Origin: Cyanidioschyzon merolae
Lineage: Eukaryota
DNA length: 64,000 bases
Strand: one strand, 5' to 3'
Assembly: GCA_000091205.1 (NCBI GenBank)
Contig: AP006501.2
Below, one piece after another: positions 1 to 14,644 of the stretch. The notes under the pieces were generated by a model. It was not told the DNA's origin. It did no database searches and worked only from the letters and a program-made list of their open reading frames with translations. Position numbers and translations under genes: made by a program. Position 1 is the stretch's first letter. Every line of letters starts with the position of its first letter.

Positions 1-3000
1 CCCGTGAGCCTGAGCCTGCTCCTGCTCCTCCGGTTCCGGCTGAGGCCGCGGACGCCGTCCCAGACGTGGCTGTACGCGAGTTCCTCGAATCGCTTGAGGC
101 GCCCGCAGCTGTGCTCTTCGTCGCCCGACTCGACGACGACGACGACGACACTGTGGCACTGTCAGCCGTGATACCGGGTCTCACGTTCCGCACTACGCTC
201 ATAGTAACCTCAGTGAGCGCTTCATCAATGCCGTACGCTGATAGCGTTTGCTGCGGATTATCGAGTACCTGCCCACGGTACATCAGCATCTGATTCGTGA
301 CCGGGATCCCGGCGCTCTTCTCCACCTCATTCTGGATCTCGTAGACAGAAGTGTGTACTCCCTTCTTAGGTACGACACTTATCTTCTTGCCGTTAAAGCA
401 ACGAACTTGGAGCGTAAGCATCCGAGGAGACTCGATACCGACTGCACCTCAACCCGGGATGAAGCGACTCGAACGACGCCGGCTGCTCGTGAGGCGCACT
501 ACGCTGGCCGGGCGCAGCAGCGGGGCGTGCGCAGCAGCGGGGCGTGCGCAAAGCGCTTGGGCATCGACGCACAGATGCATATTACGGCCCTAATTGTTCT
601 ATTTTATTCTGGATCTTCCAGGGCCCTGCATGCGCGACGTGCCGCAGCAGGCGGCATTCCATGGTGTGCAGGCTCAAGATGACGCTGACCTGCTCATGAT
701 GCAGTTTTATTACGGGGGATCCCTGGATCGAACGGGGTATTTGGTAGATACGTCGTTGCTTTGCGCAGATGGTCAGCAGAAGGAACAATGCTCTACGACC
801 ATAGAGTGTACATCGATATATATCCACTTAGAGACGCTTTCCAGTGTTTTTTGACCGGCAGAATGCTCCGGGCTTCAGTTTCCCCCTGTATACTACGAGC
901 GTGAGACGCTTCCCCGCAACGTTAAATCGCTTCAGTTCCTCGGTTCTCTTCTTTGGCGCTAGACATCGTCTTATATTCATGGCAGCGTTAACGTCTCGGA
1001 TCACGAACCCCACGCGTGCATTGCCTCTGGTGGAACTCATCAATGGAGGCATTCCTCGAACTCGTACCTTCTGTGCCAATACGGTCTCGTCGTTGGCGTG
1101 TCGGGCAAGCACCTTTTCTCGTCTACCTCTCCTCTTTCTCTTCTACTACTTTACCACTTGTTCTTTTTCGCTTGATGGTCGACGAGAGAGGATTTTGTTT
1201 CGTTTCTTTTTCAGGCAGCCGGAGACACCAGATCCCAAGATCCCCTACTTCCGTATCCATCCCTTTGCCCTGAATTTTCATTTTTGAAAATGGACGCACT
1301 TTGAACGTATCTGCTACAAACCGCGAAGACGCATTTGATCACACTCACCCTGGGGTGCAACACCATTGAAGCGAAACACTACAGTGGGTGCATCCATGAT
1401 GGCACACCAGACCGCCTGCTTCCACCGGGCACCATGCAAAAGTACCACGACCATCAGTCAGACTTTCCTCTCCGAATCATGGATAGCTCCAGAGCTACGT
1501 TGGACGTCGAGCCTGGTGTTGGCTGGAATCGCGGCGCTCAGCCAACGCTCAGCTGCAGACACCGCACAGAGACGGGACGGCTCTGTGGCATCCGCATGGG
1601 CGTCGGCTCGAGACCTGTACATAGTGGCGGTCCCGAACGCAAATTATAGGACGCTGTGAGATCCTGGTGAAGCATCGAGCAGTGTTTGTCGCAGAAGCCG
1701 CTACACGCGCACCTATATACCTATGAAGACTCATGTCGGTGTGGATGGAACGTGTCCACTCACTGGACACGTACATTCCGGAGGTTCAATCTCTTCCAAC
1801 TGATATCAAGATCAGCCTCTTGGGAGCTACTTCTGCGACTGCTTCCTGTTCCCCATTTGTATATCTGGATTTCAAAACGCCGGCTTCTCGCGTCCTTTTA
1901 GATCCATTCTCAGCAGTCGAAGGATTTTGGTAGCAGCGTCCAAGCCACGGCTTCGCTGTTGTCCTTGTTTTTCGCGCCCAGGCAGGAGATGCGATGTATG
2001 CTTCGGTGCACCGTTTGCAGAGCCGTCAACGCACAAGGGTCAGGTATTCCCATGAATGTCCCATGCGCATCATACTTTCGAAGGCTGCTCTGTGGCGCCT
2101 GTGCGCTTGCTTCATCGCTCACTTCATGCTTTTGACGGGTACAGAAAGATCGCCTCGATGCCCTCCACCGGTTCCGCGCCCGATGCAGCAGCGCTCGATA
2201 ACATGCGTCAGCAGGGCGAAACGCCTCGGTGCACCGCTGACAGCGACAGACGCAAGCACTGGCTCTTCCATTCGATTGCGAATGTCTGGATGGCGATACG
2301 GTCCGTGAGGAAACAGGTACCCGAGACAAAGTCCATACTGGAGGAAAAGTTCCGCAATTTCGACTCAACTACGCTCCCTTCGCACCCACACGTGACCTAT
2401 TGACCACCGGAGGCGATCGCTACGATGACTGCAATCCGGGTCCTTGGCCGTTTTCCATGCAAGCTGAGGAGCGCGGAGCCGCTGGGAGCGTGCTCCCCTG
2501 TGAGCGAGGTATCATGCTGCAGTCGACTTTGGTATCGTGGATGGCTACGACGAGATGCGGATTCGTGTTTCGGAAGACATCGATGATCGGACGCGAGCGG
2601 TTCCGTGAGCTGCCGCCTCTGACAGCCTGTGGTCGACTTGTCACTGCGCGACGTCGCGATGCGCTCGATGTGCACCCAGCGGCGCGAGTCGCTGCGTCCA
2701 CGCGGTGCCTTGGCGGGGAACCATCGAACACGTGAAGCGGGCGTGATTGGAACATGCTCCGCATTCGCACAAGAGCGTCACGGAGGCTTGGAGGTATGCA
2801 CGGGATACTGATATCGGTTGCTTTATGAACCGTACGCGGGAGGCGTCACGAGTCGCGTTGATTACGGTGACGTGCCGATGCCAGCGGGAGAGCGTCGAAC
2901 ACGTCACTCTGGACACTCGATCGAGAATCCCTGAACCTCGTATGAAACCGTTGGCTCTGACAACTGCCATCGGCATGTCGAGGCTATGTGTTTCTGAAAA

Positions 3001-3454
3001 CCCAAGTCCGAAACAACATCCGAATACGTGAACCGTACGATCATCAGTACCATGGTGTCCTACCACGTTCTCGCCGGCGTCTAGACGCGCGCCCGTGCAG
3101 TGTTGAGTCTCGGATGCGCGGGCGTGTGCAGTTCCATCTGAATCATGAACAAGTCTGAACTTTCATAGATAATCTTGAACGGAGCGTTTCTTCATCCGGC
3201 ATGCGATGCGATGCGCTGCGCCGAGCCCCAACCAGAAACGCCTCCAGCTCCCGTTGATCCGCGAAACACTCGTACTCGCGGCTCGCCGCGCGAACAGCCA
3301 TTCATGGTGTGCCGCAGAATTCGCAACAGCTCCTTGACGTCCTGTATCCAAAACGTCTGGAGCGCTAGCACGGCGCTTGCGTACAAGTCTCTAGCAAGGC
3401 AGTTGCACCTGCAACCGCGCAAAGCCTTCAACCGCGAATGGTAACACCTGAAGC

Positions 3455-3972
3455 ATGCTGGAACGTTTTGTCGTGCAAAGGCTCTTGCGCTTCCTTGGTG
3501 ACTTTATCGAAGGCGGCCTCCAGGAGGAGCAGCTCTCGCTTCTCTTCGGTACCGGGAACAGCGTTGAGCTGCGGGATGTGCGTATCCGCTCGGACCGTCT
3601 GAAAAGTTTGCTCGCTGGAATCGGTTCGCCGGTGTATGTCCTGTGCGCCTCTGTGGGTACTTTGCGCGTGTCCATCGACCTGCGCGGGCGCGTCGCTGTA
3701 ATCGTCCGTGACCTCGTCGTTGTGCTCGCTGACCAGTACCCCGAGGCCGAGACCCGCCGGTCCACTGCCAGAGAACGCTATCGCAAAGCGATTCTGCGGA
3801 TCGATCAGGCGCAACGTCATTTGCGCCTGCAGCAGGCTTTTGAGGCAAGACCGCAACGCTCCGCCGCTACCGCCTCCGACGATGACAGCACCACTGTTTC
3901 TTCTTCGTCTTTAGCGGGACAGCGTTCGAGTGCATCCCCTCGTCGTCAAAACGACCGCCGCGATTCTCAGAC

Positions 3973-4011
<39 letters not shown>

Positions 4012-7000
4012 AGGAAGCGGGTGGGCCTTCTTCGGCTCCGGTGTGATCGAGTCGCTTATCGCGTACGTAGCGGATCGTCTCAGCATTCAGGTGGAGCGTG
4101 TGGTGCTCGGCTTTGCCGACCAAGGCGTGGTCATGCGCCGCGCCAAGGAGGTCTCCCCTCGCGGTTACCACTGGATCACTGTAGCATTCCTGGATCGCAT
4201 GCTGACCTCGGACTGGTCCCCGGAAAAACAGGAAGCCCCGTCCCTGGAACCCGCAAACGTACCAGGAACAGCTGCGAATCGGAGCAAGAACTTATTCGGT
4301 TCCGCACAGACAACAATTGTTCGAAAGCGACTTGCGCTCTCGGGGCTGCGTCTTAGCTGGATCCCCGACGGCAGCAAATCCCTCCGCAACATCAGCTGGA
4401 GTGATCCAGAGCTGGTACGCGAGTCTCTTTGGCGAACACGCGAAGAAAATGATGCCGACATTCTCGGACCCATAGAATTCGGCATTGGTCTCTACGTGAG
4501 CGGCTTCCGGGACTCGTTTCGTACCTGCATTCAAGCCACAGGGAACAACCTCGACTGCTCGCTGTCGCAGCTCCAGTATCTCGATATGGTGTCGGCAGCG
4601 CTGCGTCTGGGTGTTGGTCAAATAGCCAAGCTGTCTCTGTTGAGTGAGGAAATGACACGTGGCTCCCAGGAGTCCGCTGATCTTGGCCCAGGGATGCGAA
4701 AAACCGCCAGAGGCGAAGGAAGCGCTCCTGGACGTGCCGCAGCCCGCGAGCGCTGGGTGCAAGTCGTGCGCCATGTGCGACAGTCTGTTCGCCGTCGACA
4801 CGTCCCCTGGACCAGAGAGCACCTTTCCATGCAATGGACAAGACGCAAGCAGTACTTGGCGACATATTTAGCAGCAAATGTCCGCAGCGACAACCATTCC
4901 TGGCGTCTCGTGCAAGCGCTGGAGGAAACGATGGATTTAGAACAGATTCTGGCTCTGAGGGCCACCGCGGAAGCGTTGGTGCAACGCAGTCCACAGGAAG
5001 CGCTTGCGCTCTGTGATGAGGTGTCCATAGCCGCCCTGGTGGTGGTCAGTACACCGCGTTTCCAGCGTCTGCGACAGCAACGCCTAGTCTCCTGGTGCTT
5101 ATGGATGCTCTCCTGCATTTGGAGACTCGGCGCGCTGCTCTGGAGTGTACTGGAACGTCGCATATGGGGTCTGCGGCCGCTAGCCCACAAACTGGTACAG
5201 ATAGGGCGCACGCTGCGGCCGCCAATTCTCCAGGTATTGGCCGGTCAGTGGCTGCTCTCAGCGCCGACATTGCTTCCCGCAACCTCCGAGGAGGACGCCG
5301 ACCTCAGCCAGACAACAGAACATATCCTGGGTTCACTACATTCCTACATCCACACAGACTATGAGCGTTTCCTGCAACAACGCGACCTTCGCAGCAAACG
5401 TGCAAGTTCACCGACAGCCGCGCTAGCACCAACCCGAACATCGTCAATGCTTTCTGGCGAGCACGGAGGACGGAGAACTGCATGGGAAAGTGCGCTTGCT
5501 GCTGAAAGTGCAGTATTCCAACTCGATGTATCCGTGAACCGCGTGCAGCTGGCACTGTTCCAGGAACACCAACTAGTGGCGTTCACAGGAGCTCGTGCGT
5601 TCGCGGCACGCAGCAAACTGCTCAGCACCGCAGCAGTGCAGCACATTGGATGCCAGCTGTTCATCTCGAGTGCCCAGAACCTTGCAGTACGGGCCTGGCT
5701 GGCCCAGCTGCAACTCCGGGACGAAGCGAACAGGATCCTGGTGTGCAACCGCTATTGCCCTGGAAACCATGAGTCCGCTCACGGGACGCAGCAGCCACAG
5801 GCCCGGAACGCTGAAGAATCCGTTCCGGAAAGTGACCTCTCGTTAACTGGGCGCGATGAAGCACCCGAGGCTTTCCAGTTGCGACTGTGGAATCCTCGCC
5901 AAGGACTTGTTGATCTGGAACTGGATTTTGCGCCCTTGTCCGTTCGGATTTCCGCTGTACTGGTGCAGGCTTTGCTCCGGTTCTGGATACCTGAAACGCT
6001 GGCCTCCTTTGCGATGCAGGGCAGACGGTATGCTGCGCGCGTCCTACATGGTCTCCAAGAACGCCTGGTCCGCTCTGATGATGCTACTCTTGTTCAAAAG
6101 CTGAGCTCCATGTTCATGCAGCTTCGCTTTGGAGGTATGTTCATTGTTTTCGATGAAGACTTCCGGCTTCTGGAAGGCGCTGCAGTGACCTCAGCGGAAC
6201 AGTCGTCAACGTCACCCGAAGCATCACCTGCGTCGCTGGTGCTTTGCGTACAGCTCGCTGGAGCAGAGTTTCTCATGGGCGAGGAAACCGCCTTGACCGC
6301 TCACAGACAACCAGCGGATCAAGCGGTGCTCTTGGGCATCGACGCATTTGCCTCGTCCGTCCAGAAAGCACAGCAGGTGTTTGCCTTTCTGTCATCGTCA
6401 TCATCAGAGACGCGGGTGGACTTGCAGGGTACGGGCACCGACGAGCCCGCGCAGCAGACCCCACCGGAGACGCCCTATGTGGTCGACTCTCGCGTGGTGC
6501 TGCGCTTTCCGGGCCTAACGATCGGCTGGTGCCATGAAACCTCCGTTGAAGCGGCTAGCGCAGTTGTGCCCGTGCGAACGCTCTTGCAACTGGGCACCTT
6601 GCGGATTGGCAACACGATCGAACACTGCCTCGTAACGCAGGATCAACGACCCAAACTCCTAGCGCGGATTCTGGTGGGCATCCTCCTGGAACGACTCGCA
6701 GTGACTGCGGGCCTGAGCGACATCTGGGCGCTAGTGCAGGTCGCTTTGCGTTACCAACGTGTCATCCAGGATATACAGGTGATTTTGAGAGAAAACGATG
6801 CAGATCTATCCACGACGAGTCACCAGAACAGTTTGGACTCGCTTCGGGAGGCAAGCATATCATCGAACGCTTCGTCATCATCACCAGTAAGGAGTCGTGA
6901 AGCAACCAACTCGATATCGCGGGAGCTCGGTGCTGCGAAGATGCATCCGCCGCAACTGCAACAAAAGAGAATGCGAACACGCGAACGTGAACCGCATTTG

Positions 7001-10000
7001 CGAACCGCGTTATCGTTGAGACTGAACGAGCCCCTGCATGTGGAACTAGCTCTGGATCATGGCAAGTCTGCGACGATGACCCGTCACTGGCTACTGCGTT
7101 CCCGGATCGGCGTTCAAGGGCGACTGCTCCTGTACTCCAACCAGTCGATGTTGAGCCAGCTGCAGGCAAGCGGTATCAGTGTGGAAGCGGATGCATCAGG
7201 AGAGCGGCCCCGTTCCTGCCAAGTGCTGTTGGTAGCTCCCTTCCAGGGCGAGTTGGAGGCAATCTTCGAAGCCGCTGCTTCTACTTCTACTTGTACGACT
7301 AGTGATGCTACCGCGCTGCCGACACTGGACTGCGCACTGCGCTTGGATGCGATCGATGTGGTGCTCCCGTTCTCGTTTATCAGAGAGCTGGTGGATACTG
7401 GACTTGCATTCGGTGCCCTGTTGCACCAGGAAGTGACCCGCGCTGCGCCACCCGGGTCGCTGGAGACTCCGGTTACCATCACCCGGACAAGAGCAGCGGA
7501 TGATCAGGAGCCGTTCCTCTGGAGCGCAGACTTGAGCGCCCTGCCTGGCAACGCGAGCCTTGTCTTCGAGTTTGCTACCTCGGATCGAGCTGGCTACCTG
7601 GGAGTCGACCATCAGGGCCGCGTCCACGGTCCGGTACCCCTGGAACAAGCTGCGCGTTTCCGCGTTCAGCGGGTGCGACGCAAGGGCGCTCCCGTCGGTG
7701 TGATGCTGAAGCTTGAAACGGACCAATCCTCGGGCATGACCAGCACTTTTACGGTGCAAGTACTCGCGGACTTGTCGGATGTGTCGTTCGATGGACGTAC
7801 CACGAAGCCGACCCCAGCTGGGCCACACCTGGGTATCCGTCGCATTGCACCGGAGCTCCGGGACGAGGTTTGCCAACGCTCTCTGGAGCGGCTTTCCACG
7901 AACGGTACGGAATCTTCGGTGCTGGAAGCAACAGCTGGTTCGGAAGCAGGTGAATCCTCGGGAACGCTACCAGCAGCAGCAGCAGCAGCAGCAGCAGGGA
8001 CTCTCGGCTCATCCGGAAGCGCAGGTAACCGCCCGGAACGCAGCCGCTCCCTGAGACGATGGCTCGGAAACTCCGACTCGAGTACTCGATCCAGTACTGA
8101 AGTCGGAAGCGCTGCAGCAGACAAGGCGGATCGTCGCCAGCAGCGAAGCATCGCTACAAGTGCAACCAAACGAAAGCGTTGGCGAACCCGAGTAGCGGCT
8201 GGCGCTGGTGCTTCCACTGCTTCTGCCGATGATGATGATGCTGATGCTGATGATGATTTTGGTAATGAGCGCAACGATCAAGTGCTGCGTGCCTGTACCT
8301 GGGAATCTGTACCTGTTCATGGCGTGGCGGAAGCAGTCCTTCTGAGGCACGAAAAGAGCGGCCACTGGATAGGGCGAACACCAGCAGCTGGACCTGTTGA
8401 AGCGCACGACGCATCCAGTCCGGATGAAGCGCTGCACCTTGACTTGTTGCCCGGCGCTAGTGCAGCGCTGCCGTTGCGTCCGCTGCTCCTGCAACGGGCC
8501 CAGCACTTGGCCCAGTTCCAGCCGCTGATACGGATTCGTGCACAAGTGGCTGCCGCGGGCGTGCTCGTTCGGCTCTACGAATGGATGGACGAGGCAGCTC
8601 GCTATCGACTGCCGTTGTTAGCGCTCTCCGCGGTACCCATTGATGTACAGTCGGAGGTTTGTGTGTACCCCAGTGCGGCTGGCGTTGAACCGGAGCTCTC
8701 ACTCGCGCTCTCGTTGTGTCCGACGGTGAGCAGCTACCGTTTGGCACAGAGGCGATGGCGCGACCTGCTCGAGCCGGTGCCACTCTCTATGCAGGCGAGT
8801 TTGCGGGGAAAGCCTCGGTTTGTGGCGTTCCAGCTGCAGTTGGGCACTGCCGAACAACCGCTTCGGTTGCATGCGTACCCGCGTGGTGTGCACCTTATCA
8901 GCCAGCTGCTGATGGACCTCATGGATCGGACTGCAGCTTCGCGACTCACCACGGACTGGTGGTATTTCCACAACGAGACCGAAGCGACCCTGCAGTTGCA
9001 ATGGGACCTCAAAAACAGCACCCAAAACGTCGACAACGATGATAATGTCGACGTCGACGAGCCTGTTGTCGTCTATCCGGGTCAATCGGTGTGTTTGTAT
9101 CCGCCACGAGCCCTGTTGAGGCGAGCGCTGGTGCGCCTTGCGGACCTGGAAGCCGCCGCTCGTCAAAGAAGCGACGTTCCAGAGCCGTTCACTGCGCGTA
9201 TCCAAGTCGTGGGCTTCGGAACGCTACCTCCAGTACCGCTGCAAACGTCGGATGTGGTATCGCTGCCGCTCGAGCCGGACCCGGTTTGTACGACGAGTGC
9301 CACGCCAAGCGCCCGAACTCCGGTACCTGCAGACACAACCGAGAAGCAGACGCGTGGCGGTCGAGTCACCGCAGCATGCTCTGCACCTGCTGAGCGCTCC
9401 GTAAGCATTGCACAGCGCTCTGGAACGGAGTATCCGGCTGAGCGGGCTGGTGCAGACCCGACCACTTTGACAGCGACACGGGCGGCATTGTCCCAGCGAG
9501 TGTCCGCCGAGCAGCGGCTACCGACGGATGCACCTTTTGAGGTCCGGGCAAGTATCGACACGATGCAGCGTGGAAACGCAGCTGCACAACCACGTCTGCG
9601 TCTCCCAGGAGCAGCAGCAGCACCAGCAGTAGCAACTGACTCGACTCGTCGTCGTGTCGACGACAGTGAACGTGCGGCGCCTGTTGTGCTCTACTGGGTG
9701 CGCCTTAGCGATGGCTATCGTGACCATTTCTACCTGTACAGTCGGACCAAAGTCGCGAACCGTTGTCGAAGCATCGCCTTGTACGTACACGGTTTCCTAC
9801 CCGAGCACGAACGCCGTCATGCGGAAACTGTGCTTCGGAGGCAGGGGCGATCACCAGCGCTGGTGCTTCTGCAGCTGGGACGCACAGCAACTGCGCTTCG
9901 TTCAGCATCGAAGGAACCTTGGCGCAAACTCGGTCGAGGATTACGAAGCTTTTTCGGCATTCGGTCAAAGACACGGGCGATTCCCGAGCGACCAGCACCG

Positions 10001-10354
10001 CTACCCGGCTTGCCAGCGGAATCGTCTGGCTCTTGGTACGCGCTGATGCCGGTGAACATGCCGCAGTCTGAGTCCAGTGCCTCTGCAGCACCGGTTTCGG
10101 AACCTGCTGCAGGTGTGCTGGAGCCAGAGCAGGCACTCTTTCTGGGGACTTTCCTGCGGCCGACGCGCCTACGCCTGCTCCCCGTCACATCGACAAGTCA
10201 ACGCGTGTTCAATGAGGAGGCGTCTGCTATCGGAGGTCTAGAGTTTCCGCTCGTTGCTGGCCAGCTATCGCTGACGAGGAGCTATTTCCTGGTAGCTGCA
10301 GCGGTGGACGCTTCGTGTCAGCGCTTTCGCGTGATGGAGGTGGGTGCTCGTACT

Positions 10355-10389
<35 letters not shown>

Positions 10390-12595
10390 TCAACGGCTTG
10401 CGAACGAATACAACATTCGTCCGGCATTGACGATCCTTCACGAGTTGCCGTACCCAGCTAGTCTGCAAGTTGTCGACGCCGACGGGAACCTGCACTCGAC
10501 CTACGCCTTGGACGCTTGGGGCTCGGTGGAAGTTTGTGAGCTCTGGGGCCCGCCACGCGAAAACCTCTTGGTGCATCGCCTGCTGGGCAGTGCAGGCTCG
10601 ACACGAGCGCCAAGCACCGAACCCAGTCGCACAGACGGGAATTTCGCACCAGCACCAGCACCAGCACCAGCACCAGCACCAGCACCAGCAGGAGATGATG
10701 ATGAGGATGATCATGACGATACTGATGTGACTGCCCGCACCGTCGCCATTGTGCGTCTCCAGAACGCCAGTTCAGCAGGTAAGCGGCCCAGTACACGTAC
10801 TGGGGCGACTGGAAAGGCCTCGCTTGCCGCAAACTTGGCCTTACACTGCGAGGTGGAGCGCCATACCCTCTCGTTTCGCTTCGGCTACTTTCGTGCTCGC
10901 CTTGTCCGCAGCGAAACCCGCGGCCGTATCCTGGTGCTCTATGCTCCGTTTCTCCTATGCAACCAGGTTCCGGGTATTAGCCTCTGTTTCCGCCATGTGC
11001 AAGGAAACCGTAAGCCACTGCCTTCCGCACAGCGTCAGCTTCGCAGGATCGGCAGTCAGGCGACATCCGCAGTGCAGCGACTAGCGGGACAGGCGGGAGC
11101 GGCTCCAAAGCGACTCGGAGCACATCTCCGGCCAAGAGAAGAGGCAACGATGCCCGAGCGTGGAACGAGTCGTCACCCGGCTCCAGTATTGTCGTCGCCG
11201 TCGACGTCGACGACGACGACTTTATCATCGGCTGCGGCCTCGGCTCCAGTGGACACTGCACGCCATCTGGGCACTGACGTCCAGGCTGATAACGATGATA
11301 ACGATGGGACTGTTCTGACGAGTGCATCGGCAGCGTCTCCCGAGGTCGTTGCTGCCGACGACCCGGACCCAGAGGCAGTCACCACAGAGATTGCACCTGC
11401 AGCGTCAGAAACAGCGGTCGTCTTCGATGCTGCTTCGGAGCCCGAGTCAGCGAGCACGGTTTCCGCGGACACGCTGACACAAGCGACCCGCAGCGATACC
11501 ACAGCGGTCGCCGCTACCCTGAACAAGCCGCAACGTCTGGTGCATCGAAAGAAAGCGGAAGCGTCGCGACAGTTTCTGGTGCCTCCAGTCAACCTCGCCG
11601 AAGAAAGCGGTGCGCCCAGCTCCGATGCATATCTGTACTGCTGGAAATCACAGCAAGCGTTGATCTGGGTGAACGGAGCACCCCGCCGCAATACCCAACA
11701 TCCCGTTCGACTGGCACCGTTTGGTCGAGGTAACAAGGGCTTTGGGGTGCCGGATGCGCTCGTCGGACACCTGCTCGAGCTTGTGACCCAGGTAACGCTG
11801 CACAGCTACCGAGACCGTACTGCCGTCCTGGATACACCGCTCCCGAACGCGCGGATCCTACAGCTACGACCGCGGTTTGAAGTGCGGAACACACTGACGG
11901 AGACCCTGAGTCTATGCGACGCCGTAGACTGGGAGCGTTTTCGCCTCGAGCAGGCGCAACACGAAGAGCACAAGGCCACACTGCCGGTATGTGCGGTGTC
12001 TGGGCTCGTGCCCGGCATGCAGCAGGTGCCGGCAGCAGTCAGCAGCCCAAAGCAGCCCGGACGAGCAGCGGTCACTTTTCATGAAGCCAACAAGGGACGC
12101 TTTGCACGTATTCGCCTTGACGATACCGGGTGGTCGGGTCTGATCGACTTCACCGACCTGAACGGAACGAGCGTTGCGCTGCCGCGAGCTCGTCGTAACG
12201 CTGACCAGTACTGGGTCGACGAGCACGTACCAGTGTATGGGAGTGTGAGGATGGATAATGGACGACTGATCTGGACGTTTCAGAGCAAGCACGTCGCTGC
12301 CAAGGGAATTCGCTTTGTGAACCGGACGCGTTTCGACCTGGTGGTGAGGCAGAAAGCGAAACGCGCTGATCGGTTGCGCTCTTTGATGCGTTCAGCAACA
12401 CGCGATGCCTCCCACATGATGGTACAGACGCTACGCGGGGTCACTTCTGGAGCAGCGAGTGCAGCAGCGAGTGCGTTCGGTATGGGCATGCGTAACCGGA
12501 ACACCGGAACCGGAACTGGAACTGGAACTGGAACCGCAACCGCAACCGGAACTGGAACTTTGTCAACAAGTGGCTCTCGTACGCTTGCCGCCGGT

Positions 12596-12634
<39 letters not shown>

Positions 12635-14644
12635 GTCACAGCGGAAACGTCTATCATGCCGCAGACCCCGCAGGGGCAACGAACCGACCCGGGCAAGCCG
12701 CTGCGTATCACACCGGATACCTCGCTGGATAATGCCGCTTGGATGATATTCCATGTGCCACCGAAGAGCGAACGGGTTTTCTACTGGCCTGAACCGCTGG
12801 GTTCGTCCAAGCTCCTGCTGAAACTATTGCCTGGAGAGGCAGGCCTGGCGACGGCGTTGGCGAATCCCCAGCTCTTTGCGGATGCAGTGGTGGTACCAAC
12901 GCGTCAACTGCACCCGGAACCGCGCTGGTTGGCACAACGACGGGGACACCAGCCAGCGTTCCTGTATCGAATGATAGCCCAGGGGCCGGAACGACACCTC
13001 GTGGTCGACGAAGGCACCACCAGTACATTGGCGAACGAACCTGCCTGGATACCGCGCTTTCGATTGGACGCGCAGCTCAGCTTGCCGACGCTCTACCTGA
13101 ACTTGTACAACTTGCAGGCGCGTCCCTTGCTAGAGGTCCAACTGCAGCAGCTGGAGGTGCTCGCGAATGCCGGACTCCGACCTGACCAGCAGTTGGCGAT
13201 CATGACGCGTCTCGACGACCTGGTGCTTCTGAACCGCATGGACCGTGCTCGTTCGCAACGCGTTGTCAGCAAAACTGCAGGATCGTTGACCAGCGGTGAT
13301 GACCGGAGCACCCCAGCGCCCGCTACGAACAACAAGGGCGTTGCCAACGAAACACCGAGTGAGCTGCTGGTCGTTGCCCTGGTACTACGACATGTCCAAC
13401 GCGATCTCCTACATGTGAGCGCTTTGCAAGTAGAGCTCACGCCGCTCCGAGTGAACCTGGAGCCAGCGCTTCTCTATGAAACCGTGCTTACCCTGGTGAG
13501 TTGCTATGATCGTGCACGGTGCTCGTCGTTGACTGCAACGCAACGCAGAAGCGCCATGTCGTCGTCGTCGTCGTCGTCAACGAATGCAGGTGCTGGAATC
13601 GGCAGCAGCGTTACCAGTCCAGGTTCATGCAGTGTACACGAGGCCCAGACAGGTCGCCGGGAAGTGCGCTCTACCAGAGCTGTGAGCAGCGGCGCCCTGG
13701 CATCGCTTGCGCTACCCGCTGAACGCACTCGTTCACTACCGGCAGTCTACATGGAGCAGGGCGCCATCGGTGACCTGCAGATCCTGCTCACCTGGAGAAA
13801 GTCATCTGCGAAGTTGCTCCTTGCACGCGTGGAGGCAGCAGCGAGTCCGCGTCTCGCCGAGGCTGTCCAGCAAATACGCGACCTCCTGGCATACGTACCC
13901 GCAGTGCGTGACGCGCCCATGCGCCTGAGTGGTATCATGCTCACCGAGTACCTGGCTACCATGGAGCAACTCGTGCATCGGATCGTGCAGCACTACATAT
14001 GGAGCGGGATTCGTAACGGGTATGCACTCGTCGGCTCGCTGGATATGCTCGGAGCGCCGCTCAATATCTGGGGCCACACCAGCGGTCGTGTGCAAGCCAT
14101 TTCACAGGATATTTCGCATGGACGCCTGGGCAAAGCCGGCAAGCACATGGTAACGTTTATCGGTGGCACTGTAGGCGACGTCGGTCAGTCGTTTACCGGT
14201 GCGCTGTCGTCGTTTGGTGGTATGGCGTGGCGGCGGCTAAAGTGGCTGCAGCGCGCTCCGTCACATGCTATGAACCCGTCGTCGTCATCGTCGTTGTTGC
14301 CTACCGACTGGGGAGAAGGCGACGACAACGACAATGACGACGGTGCTGGTAGAGATGCAGTTGAGAATGCACGCCCCGGTGGTAGCTTACCGCTGCGTGC
14401 TGGTCAGGGCGGCTCGCGTGGTGCCAAGACGCGGCAGCGGGCACCGTGGGCAGCACGTTTTGTCGCCCGCTGGTTGCCTGGCGGTGCTGGACGGCGACCG
14501 GCTAGTGCCACCACCGGAGCACCAGCACCAGCACCAACAGCAGAGCCTAGCGTTCAGCCGACTGTACCTCCGTCGCCACTGGACTGGCGTCGAGCGCTTC
14601 TGGGGTATGCATCCGCGAGCGACGCTCGTTCGGGTAGCACCTGA
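3455..14644 (+). CDS. VPS13: Giant VPS13-like bridge-like lipid-transfer protein with an N-terminal chorein domain (3729 aa, intronless). It carries many low-complexity insertions encoded by microsatellites.
   Basis: The N-terminus MLERFVVQRLLRFLGDFIEGGLQEEQLSLLFGTGNSVELRDVRIRSD follows the Chorein_N consensus shared by VPS13 and ATG2 (MFExxVxxLLNRFLGxYVxNxxxxQLxxGIWxGxVxLxNLxL). The 11.2 kb uninterrupted ORF is of VPS13 scale rather than ATG2 scale. Poly-Q, PA, TG and poly-S runs are encoded by the CAG, CACCAG, GGAACT and TCG microsatellites. Confidence 0.75.
3973..4009. repeat. (CAG)n microsatellite of about 12 units; encodes poly-Q within the VPS13-like ORF.
   Basis: cagcagcagcagcagcagcagcagcagcagcagcag. 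Confidence 0.95.
10647..10691. repeat. (CACCAG)n hexanucleotide microsatellite of about 7 units; encodes PAPAPA... within the VPS13-like ORF.
   Basis: caccagcaccagcaccagcaccagcaccagcaccagcaccagca. Confidence 0.95.
12490..12562. repeat. (GGAACY)n hexanucleotide microsatellite; encodes TGTGTG within the VPS13-like ORF.
   Basis: ggaaccggaactggaactggaactggaaccgcaaccgcaaccggaactggaact. Confidence 0.9.
12596..12634. repeat. (CAG)n microsatellite of about 13 units; encodes poly-Q.
   Basis: gcagcagcagcagcagcagcagcagcagcagcagca. Confidence 0.95.

Noticed and set aside
1-3450. Possible genes in the first 3.4 kb (ORFs 248..682, 844..1287, 1910..2368 and 2641..3066).
   Set aside because: None of them has any recognisable motif. 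The region contains an 18-bp direct duplication at about 500..545 and looks like the intergenic or 5' flank of the VPS13-like gene.
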